DNA of 57,127 nucleotides from an uncultured Kiritimatiellota bacterium (GTDB lineage Bacteria; Verrucomicrobiota; Kiritimatiellia; RFP12; UBA1067): NCBI GenBank assembly GCA_934654805.1, contig CAKUGW010000003.1, positions 1 to 57,127 of the forward strand, read 5' to 3'. Shown piece by piece: positions 51,718 to 57,127 of this stretch (position 1 is its first letter; each line of letters starts with the position of its first letter). The notes under the pieces were generated by a model. It saw only the letters and a program-made list of their open reading frames with translations, ran no database searches and was not told where the DNA came from. The position numbers and the translations under genes were made by a program.

Positions 51718-53562
51718 TCAGAACTCCGCCGCGTCGCAGACGAGCGAGTCCATGATGTAGCCCTTGCGCTCGGGCGTGTTGCCGCCCATGTAGAACTTGA
51801 TCGTCTTCTCGACGTCCTGGTCGTCCGCGCAGGTGACGGGCGTCAGCCGCATGTCCGGGCCGATGAAGTCCTTGAACTCCTCCGCGTTCAGCTCGCCGAG
51901 GCCCTTGAAGCGCGTGATCTCGCAGCCGCGCCCGCACTTCCTGATCGCCGCCTCGCGTTCCGCGTCCGAGAAGCAGTAGTGCTGCTCCTTCTTGTTGCGC
52001 ACGCGGAAGAGCGGCGTCTCGAGGATGAACACGCGGCCGTCCGCGACGAGCTGGCGGTAGAAGCGCATGAAGAACGTCGTCAGCAGCATGCGGATGTGCA
52101 GGCCGTCCACGTCGGCGTCGGTCGCGAAGATGATCTTGCCGTAGCGCAGGTGGTCGAGCGTGTCCTCGATGTCGAGCGTCTTGATGAGGTTGAAGAACTC
52201 CACGTTCTCGTAGAGGACGCTCTTGCCGACGCCGAAGGTGTTGAGCGGCTTGCCGCGCAGGAAGAAGACGGCCTGGTTCATGGCGTTGCGCGCGTTGCCG
52301 AGCGTGCCGCCGGCGGACAGTCCCTCCGTGAGGAAGATCATCGTGTCGGCGCCCTCCGGCTGGCCCGTCTTCCTGTCCACCTTGTCGAGCCGCAGGTGGT
52401 GCTTGCAGTCCTTCAGCTGCGGCACGCGCACCGAGACGGCCTGCGCGTGCTCGCGCGCCTTCTTCTTGATCGTGTTGAGCTGGCTGCGGATCTTCCCCGT
52501 CTCCTCGATCTTCGCGAGGAGCTTCTCCGTCTCGGCCGGCGCGCGGTGCAGCTCGGCCTCGATCGCCTTCTTCATCTCGGCGACGAGGTCGGCGCGGATG
52601 TCGTTCATCACGAACTTGATCTTCGTCTGGCCCTCGAACACCGGGTTCATGATGCGGATCGAGACCGCGCCGATGAGCCCGTCGCGGATGTCGTCGCCGT
52701 CGAACCTCTTCTTCGCGTCGTAGTCGTTGAGGGCTTTCGTCAGCGCCTCCTTGAACGCCGTGAGGTGCGTGCCGCCGTCCGTCGTGTACTGGCCGTTCAC
52801 GAACGAGTGGTACTCCTCGCCGAAGCGGTTGGTGTGCGTGAAGATGATCTCCAGGCTCTTCGTCTTCACGTGGAACGGCGTGTAGAGCTTCTCGAACTGG
52901 ACCTCGTCCGCAATGAGGTCGGCGAGACCGTGCTCGGAGCAGATGGACTGGCCGTTCAGGACGATCGTGAGGCCCGCGTTCACGTAGCAGTACATCTTCA
53001 TGCGCCGCAGGACGTGCTCCTCGCGCACCTTGAAGTGCTTGAGCACCTTCACGTCGGGCCTGTAGCGGATGAACGTGCCGTCGCGCTCCGGCGTCTTCTG
53101 CCTGCCGCGCTTCTGGGACTTCAGCCGCCCCTCCTCGAAGTACGCCTCGGAGAACTCGCCCTCGCGGAAGGACCGCACCTCGAAGAACTCGGAGAGCGCG
53201 TTCACGGCCTTCGTGCCGACGCCGTTCATGCCGGCGGAGAACTGGAAGCTGTCGGAGTCGAACTTGCCGCCCGTGTTCATCTGCGAGACGCAGTCGACGA
53301 CCTTGCCGAGCGGGATGCCGCGCCCATAGTCGCGCACCGAGACCTCGCCCGTGTCGTAGTTGACGGTGACGTCGATCCGCTTGCCGCACCCCATGACGAA
53401 CTCGTCGATCGAGTTGTCGATCACCTCCTTCATCAGGATGTAGATGCAGTCGTGGTACATCGCGCCCGTGCCGGGCTCGCCGACGTACATGCCGGGACGC
53501 ATGCGGATGTGCGTCACCGGATCCAGCGTCTTGATGCTGGTGTCTCCGTAGTCCTTTGCCAT
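51718..53562 (-). CDS. type IIA DNA topoisomerase subunit B (GyrB/ParE family, ParE-like length)
   Basis: ..IRMRPGMYVG..EVIDNSIDE..DYGRGIP..GMNGVGTKAVNA..TEGLSAGG..DADVDGLHI.. motifs. 614 aa. Confidence 0.9.
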   Translation of the reverse strand: MAKDYGDTSIKTLDPVTHIRMRPGMYVGEPGTGAMYHDCIYILMKEVIDNSIDEFVMGCGKRIDVTVNYDTGEVSVRDYGRGIPLGKVVDCVSQMNTGGKFDSDSFQFSAGMNGVGTKAVNALSEFFEVRSFREGEFSEAYFEEGRLKSQKRGRQKTPERDGTFIRYRPDVKVLKHFKVREEHVLRRMKMYCYVNAGLTIVLNGQSICSEHGLADLIADEVQFEKLYTPFHVKTKSLEIIFTHTNRFGEEYHSFVNGQYTTDGGTHLTAFKEALTKALNDYDAKKRFDGDDIRDGLIGAVSIRIMNPVFEGQTKIKFVMNDIRADLVAEMKKAIEAELHRAPAETEKLLAKIEETGKIRSQLNTIKKKAREHAQAVSVRVPQLKDCKHHLRLDKVDRKTGQPEGADTMIFLTEGLSAGGTLGNARNAMNQAVFFLRGKPLNTFGVGKSVLYENVEFFNLIKTLDIEDTLDHLRYGKIIFATDADVDGLHIRMLLTTFFMRFYRQLVADGRVFILETPLFRVRNKKEQHYCFSDAEREAAIRKCGRGCEITRFKGLGELNAEEFKDFIGPDMRLTPVTCADDQDVEKTIKFYMGGNTPERKGYIMDSLVCDAAEF

Positions 53563-53572
53563 AGGGCGGCGT

Positions 53573-53581
53573 ATTATACCA
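53573..53581 (-). promoter_or_regulatory. extended -10 box TGGTATAAT for the topoisomerase gene (near-leaderless)
   Basis: TATAAT-acgccgccct-ATG: 10 nt to ATG 53562. Confidence 0.65.
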
Positions 53582-53596
53582 AAAATGCGCGCCGCC

Positions 53597-54406
53597 TCAG
53601 CGGCCGGACGCCGCCGGGGCCTTCCGCTGCGCGAAGAGCCAGTCCAGGGCCTCCTGCGAGGCGTACGCCGGCCGCCACACGTCATGCCCGCAGCCGGGGA
53701 CCTCGGTGTAGCGCACCTTGCCGTCGACCGCCCAGAGGGCGCTCACCATCTCGCGCGAGCGCACCGGCGGCACCACGCCGTCCGCATCGCCGTGCCACGC
53801 CCAGATCGGCACGTCGCGGATCTTCCACGCCAGGTGCGTGTCGCCGCCGCCGCAGACCGGCATGGCCGCCGCGAAGAGCTCGGGGCGGCGCTGCACGGCG
53901 TCCCACGTGCCGTAGCCGCCCATCGAGACGCCCGTCGCGTAGATGCGCGCCGGATCGACCGGACGCTCGGCCCGCGTCCGGTCCAGCAGCTCCAGCGCGA
54001 GCGCCATCGGCTCGGACGGCTGCGCCGGCATGCGGTGCGCGACGTTCGACCACGGCGTCTCGACCCACTGGCGGCCGTCCGGCACCTGCCCGGCGATGAA
54101 GTAGCCCTCGATGCCGCGCGCGCGCATGTGGCGGAGAAGCGGCTCCGCGCCCCAGACGAGCTGGCTCACGTTGTCCGTGCCGCGCTCGCCGGCGCCGTGG
54201 AAGAGGATGACGAGCGGATACGTCTTGCCCGGCTCGACCTTCGCCGGCTCGGCCCAGCGGTAGAGGAAGACCTTGCCCGCCGCGTTCGTGTAGGCGCGCG
54301 GCTCCGTCCAGCCGGCCGCCGTCTGGAGGGGCGTGGGCGCCGCCGACGCCCCGGCGAGCGCGAGGCCTGCGACGGCAAGAACGGACACCTTCGTCATCTT
54401 CGTCAT
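53597..54406 (-). CDS. secreted alpha/beta-hydrolase (carboxylesterase / PHB-depolymerase-type esterase)
   Basis: Signal peptide, GVSMGG nucleophile elbow, and ..HGDADGVVP..GHDVW. Confidence 0.8.
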   Translation of the reverse strand: MTKMTKVSVLAVAGLALAGASAAPTPLQTAAGWTEPRAYTNAAGKVFLYRWAEPAKVEPGKTYPLVILFHGAGERGTDNVSQLVWGAEPLLRHMRARGIEGYFIAGQVPDGRQWVETPWSNVAHRMPAQPSEPMALALELLDRTRAERPVDPARIYATGVSMGGYGTWDAVQRRPELFAAAMPVCGGGDTHLAWKIRDVPIWAWHGDADGVVPPVRSREMVSALWAVDGKVRYTEVPGCGHDVWRPAYASQEALDWLFAQRKAPAASGR

Positions 54407-54422
54407 TTCTCGGACTCCTTCT

Positions 54423-54806
54423 TCAGATCGCGCAGTACGCTTCCCAGCCCTTGCGCACCGGCGGGGCCAGCAGCACGCCGGCCGTCACCGCGTCAAAGCC
54501 ATCCGCCATCCGGTCGAACATCTCCCGGAAGTCGTGGAACCGCGCCGCCGCCGGGAACTTTCCGAGGCTCTCCTGCGTGTGCTTCGCGCCCAGGTCGACG
54601 TCGCAGAGCGCGACGATGTCGCAAAGCCCCGTCTCGGCAAACGCGCGGACGTCGTTTCCGCCCATGCCGCCGATGCCGCAGCACGCCAGGCGCACCTTCG
54701 AGTTTGCGCGGTACGCCTTCGCCGAAAAGCAGCCGGGCAGCAGCGGGAACGCCCCCGCCGCCAGCGCCGACTTCAGGAATGACCTTCTGCCGATTTTCTT
54801 CTTCAT
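54423..54806 (-). pseudogene. truncated Gfo/Idh/MocA oxidoreductase (TAT signal plus Rossmann N-terminus only)
   Basis: MKKKIGRRSFLKSALAAGAF.. then CCGIGGMGGND..CDVD..FDAVT. It ends after 127 aa, whereas the family is usually over 350 aa. Confidence 0.5.
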
Positions 54807-54858
54807 TGTCCGTTTGACTCCTTTGAGACCGTTCTTGGAGGCTGGCTGGTTTCGCGTG

Positions 54859-54867
54859 ATTATACCA
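54859..54867 (-). promoter_or_regulatory. extended -10 box TGGTATAAT
   Basis: 52 nt upstream of ATG 54806, which has an AAAGGAG RBS. Confidence 0.55.
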
Positions 54868-54901
54868 TGAACGCCGACTGTCGCGCAACCGGCCAGGCCC
54901 G

Positions 54902-55081
54902 TCACTTGAGTTCCCGTTCGACTCGCGCGGCCTCGGCCTTGAGCTGGCCGAGCTTCCACTCGAGCGTGTCGCGCGCGACGACGCGGCCCATCATCGGCTC
55001 CCAGCCGACCGTCTCGTCGACGTCCACCCAGTCGAAGCAGCTCCGCACGTTCGCCTCCTCGTCCTTCAGGATGGCCAGCAT
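54902..55081 (-). CDS. hypothetical 59-aa protein
   Basis: MLAILKDEEANVRSCFDWVDVDETVGWEPMMGRVVARDTLEWKLGQLKAEAARVERELK. High GC3 and a GGAAGGGAGAG RBS. Below the track length cut-off. Confidence 0.35.
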   Translation of the reverse strand: MLAILKDEEANVRSCFDWVDVDETVGWEPMMGRVVARDTLEWKLGQLKAEAARVERELK

Positions 55082-55088
55082 CTCTCCC

Positions 55089-55202
55089 TTCCGCCGGCTC
55101 TTCGATCATCGCCGGCTTCGCGCCGATCGCCAGCAGCACATTGGCCGTGAAGTTCGCCGCCACCGTATTGGTGAGGCACAGGGCAAACGGATCTGATTTC
55201 AT
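55089..55202 (-). pseudogene. thiM: N-terminal remnant (~38 aa) of hydroxyethylthiazole kinase ThiM
   Basis: MKSDPFALCLTNTVAANFTANVLLAIGAKPAMIEEPAE matches the ThiM N-terminus. Sense is lost afterwards in this frame. Confidence 0.45.
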
Positions 55203-55226
55203 TTGAGTTTCTCTCCTTCGTCTGAC

Positions 55227-56510
55227 TTACGCCTGCGCGAGCGCCTGTTCGAGGTCGGCGAGGATGTCGTCGATGTGCTCGATGCCGATCGAGAGGCGGA
55301 TGAGCTCCGGGGGAAGGCCCGCCGCGACCTGCTCCTCCTCCGAAAGCTGCGAGTGCGTCGAGGACGCCGGATGGATCACGAGCGAACGCGCGTCACCGAC
55401 GTTCGCGAGCTGCGTGAAGAGCTTGAGGCCGTCCGCGACCTTGACGCCCGCCGCCGCGCCGCCCTTGATGCCGAAGACGACCATGCCGCCCTGCCCGTTC
55501 GGCAGGTACTTCTGGGCTAGTTCGTAGCTCGGATCGTCCGCGAGGCCCGGATAGCGCACCCATGCCACCTTCGGGTGGGCCTTCAGGTACTTCGCGACCG
55601 CGAGCGCGTTCTCGCTGTGGCGCGCGATGCGGAGCGGCAGCGACTCCACGCCCTGCAGGAAGATCCAGTTCGCGTCCGGCGAGAGCGTGGGGCCCTGGTT
55701 GCGCAGGGCGACCGTGCGCAGGCGCGTGATGAACGCGAGCGGGCCGATCGCCTCGCCCCACTTGATGCCGTGGTAGCCGGTGTCTGGCTCGACGTAGAAC
55801 GGATTGCCCTTCTGCGTCCAGTCGAACTTCCCCGCGTCGATCGCCACGCCGCCGATGCCCGCGCCGTGTCCGCCGATCCACTTCGAGAGCGAGTGGATGA
55901 CGACATCCGCGCCCCACTGGATCGGGTGTTCGAGGATCGGCGTCGAGAACGTCGCGTCCACGACGAGCGGCAGGCCGTGCCGGTGGGCGACCTCGGCGTA
56001 CTTCTCGATGTCGGCGACGCCGAGCGCCGGGTTGCCGATCGTCTCGACGTAGACGAAGCGCGTCTTCTCGTTGATCGCCGCCTCGACGGCCGCGAAGTCG
56101 TTGAGGTGCGTCCACTTCACGTGGATGTTGTTCGACTGCGGCAGGATCGTGTTGAATTGCACGTAGGTGCCGCCGTAGACGTTGTCCGCCGAGACGAACT
56201 CCGACCCCGTCTCCGCGATGTTCGTGACCGTGAAGTAGATGGCCGCCGTACCGGACGAGAGCGTCAGCGCAGCCGCGCCGCCCTCCAGCGCCGCGAGGCG
56301 CTTCTCGAGGACGTCCTCCGTCGGGTTCATGAGGCGGGCGTAGATGTTCGCCGCCTTCTTGAGGGCGAAGCGGTCCGCGCCGTCCTGCGCGCTCTTGAAG
56401 TTGTAGGCCGTCGTGCGGTAGACCGGCACGGCGCAGGCGTCCGTCGCCGGGTCGCCGTTCCAGCCGGCGTGGACCGCCAGCGTCTCGGGATGCACGTTCT
56501 GTTCGCTCAT
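55227..56510 (-). CDS. metY: O-acetylhomoserine aminocarboxypropyltransferase/sulfhydrylase
   Basis: ..ETLAVHAG..NPT..SLSKWIGGHG (PLP lysine)..RLSIGIE.. motifs. Starts at ATG 56510 with an AGGAGG RBS. Confidence 0.9.
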   Translation of the reverse strand: MSEQNVHPETLAVHAGWNGDPATDACAVPVYRTTAYNFKSAQDGADRFALKKAANIYARLMNPTEDVLEKRLAALEGGAAALTLSSGTAAIYFTVTNIAETGSEFVSADNVYGGTYVQFNTILPQSNNIHVKWTHLNDFAAVEAAINEKTRFVYVETIGNPALGVADIEKYAEVAHRHGLPLVVDATFSTPILEHPIQWGADVVIHSLSKWIGGHGAGIGGVAIDAGKFDWTQKGNPFYVEPDTGYHGIKWGEAIGPLAFITRLRTVALRNQGPTLSPDANWIFLQGVESLPLRIARHSENALAVAKYLKAHPKVAWVRYPGLADDPSYELAQKYLPNGQGGMVVFGIKGGAAAGVKVADGLKLFTQLANVGDARSLVIHPASSTHSQLSEEEQVAAGLPPELIRLSIGIEHIDDILADLEQALAQA

Positions 56511-56560
56511 TGTCACTTCCTCCTGTTTGAATCTACCTTTGTGGTAGGAAAACGGCGCGT

Positions 56561-56569
56561 AGTATATCA
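56561..56569 (-). promoter_or_regulatory. extended -10 box TGATATACT for metY
   Basis: 50 nt upstream of ATG 56510. Followed by acgcgccgtt, the identical 10 nt that follows the pflB box. Confidence 0.55.
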
Positions 56570-56724
56570 TAATTCGCGCAGCCATGTCAACCGCGAAGGT
56601 AGTGTTTTTGCGCCAGACCAGCGAGCGTGAATTCCCATCTTCAGGCCATTCGCACGAAACGATTTCTTTCCGATCCGTTTCGCTCAATTAAGCTGGGTGA
56701 TATCTCAATTAAGCCTAACTGTCT

Positions 56725-56816
56725 CTCTCTGCGCGACAGTCGGTGCGGACGAACGGCGCGCTGCGGGCAGCTCTCTGCGCGACAGTCGGTGTGGACGAAC
56801 GGCGCGCTGCGGGCAG
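56725..56816. repeat. 46-bp direct tandem duplication (1 mismatch)
   Basis: ctctctgcgcgacagtcggtg[c/t]ggacgaacggcgcgctgcgggcag at 56725-56770 and 56771-56816. Confidence 0.95.
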
Positions 56817-57127
56817 CAGTCCGCTCCGAGGTCTTTCGCGGGCGCCCGCCGACAGGCCATCCCTGAGGTGAACCGGGCGTGCGTCCTTCGCTTCCGCCCT
56901 GAACCACCGAGGTGAACCGGCGCGTCGCCCGGCCCGTCGGCCCGCGAAAGACTCTCCGCGGCTCTGCCCTCCGCTTGCCGCGCCCGCCTTGCCCGCGGCT
57001 TCGCCCGTGCGTTCCCCTTGAAGCGGTCCCGTTCGGAGACGCAGACGCCTCGCGAAGCGGCGGCGCAAGCCGCCCGTGGCCCGCCGGAGCCGACAGTCGC
57101 ACGGGAGGAGCGAAGGGATCGCCTGTC
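56725..57127. repeat. GC-rich dispersed repeat element, copy B (inverted relative to copy A, cut by the window end)
   Basis: 56973-57127 is the reverse complement of 18060-18214 with few mismatches. 56771-56833 matches the reverse complement of 18214-18263. About 140 nt at 56834-56972 have no counterpart in copy A. Confidence 0.85.

Noticed and set aside
54423-55202. The track's single 259-aa ORF spanning the ThiM-like start to the oxidoreductase stump
   Set aside because: The middle of the ORF is low-GC3 Arg/Gly nonsense and contains a TGGTATAAT box plus an RBS for an internal ATG (54806). It is better explained as two unrelated remnants joined by lack of stops.
55203-55226. TPP riboswitch upstream of the thiM remnant
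   Set aside because: Only 24 nt separate the thiM-like ATG from the metY stop. There is no room for, and no sequence of, a THI-box.

Overview
This is a GC-rich bacterial chromosomal window. Third codon positions are almost all G/C, so long antisense shadow ORFs are everywhere in the track and were ignored. **1-17.8 kb:** an IS200/RAYT-like transposase remnant next to a 48-bp tandem repeat, then pflB and a short dcw start (mraZ-rsmH-ftsL-ftsI). A phytase-like lipoprotein and dxs follow, then a run of stop/start-overlapping (ATGA) housekeeping genes: pncC-like, a TPK-HPPK fusion, LUD, arfB-like, murI, queH, HAD, SDR, birA, ybeY, a decayed exporter and an acyltransferase. **18-30 kb:** a XylR/AraC-type regulator divergent from an MFS-SDR-DapA-like operon. 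Next come tRNA-Pro-pheS-lepA-(EF-hand membrane protein)-GspG-like pseudopilin, then argB-argD. **30.0-46.5 kb:** the main feature is one co-directional, translationally coupled ~16.5 kb non-flagellar type III secretion (injectisome) locus on the minus strand. It reads sctC, sctW, chaperone, sctX-like, sctV, sctD, sctE-like, sctF, sctG-like, sctI, sctJ, TPR, K-position ORF, sctL, sctN, an extra AIM24-like gene, sctO, sctP, sctQ. No sctRSTU or translocon genes are in the window. **46.7-57.1 kb:** hydG-like radical SAM, ribD-nusB, an orphan GHKL ATPase, xseB, Rrf2, a type IIA topoisomerase B subunit, an esterase, gene remnants and metY. **Recurrent sequence-level signals:**
- an AT island TGGTATAAT(ACGC) extended -10 box in front of most transcription units, often only 6-12 nt from the start codon (near-leaderless);
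- a GGGGCCTGTCCCC motif that builds the SctP repeat and also sits in frame inside birA;
- purine-rich 7/8-mer tandem repeats in operon-internal leaders;
- a dispersed GC-rich repeat family at 17.9 kb and 56.7-57.1 kb.

Family calls come from motif recognition by eye, with no searches run. The lineage guess (an anaerobic, possibly PVC-type bacterium) is inference only.
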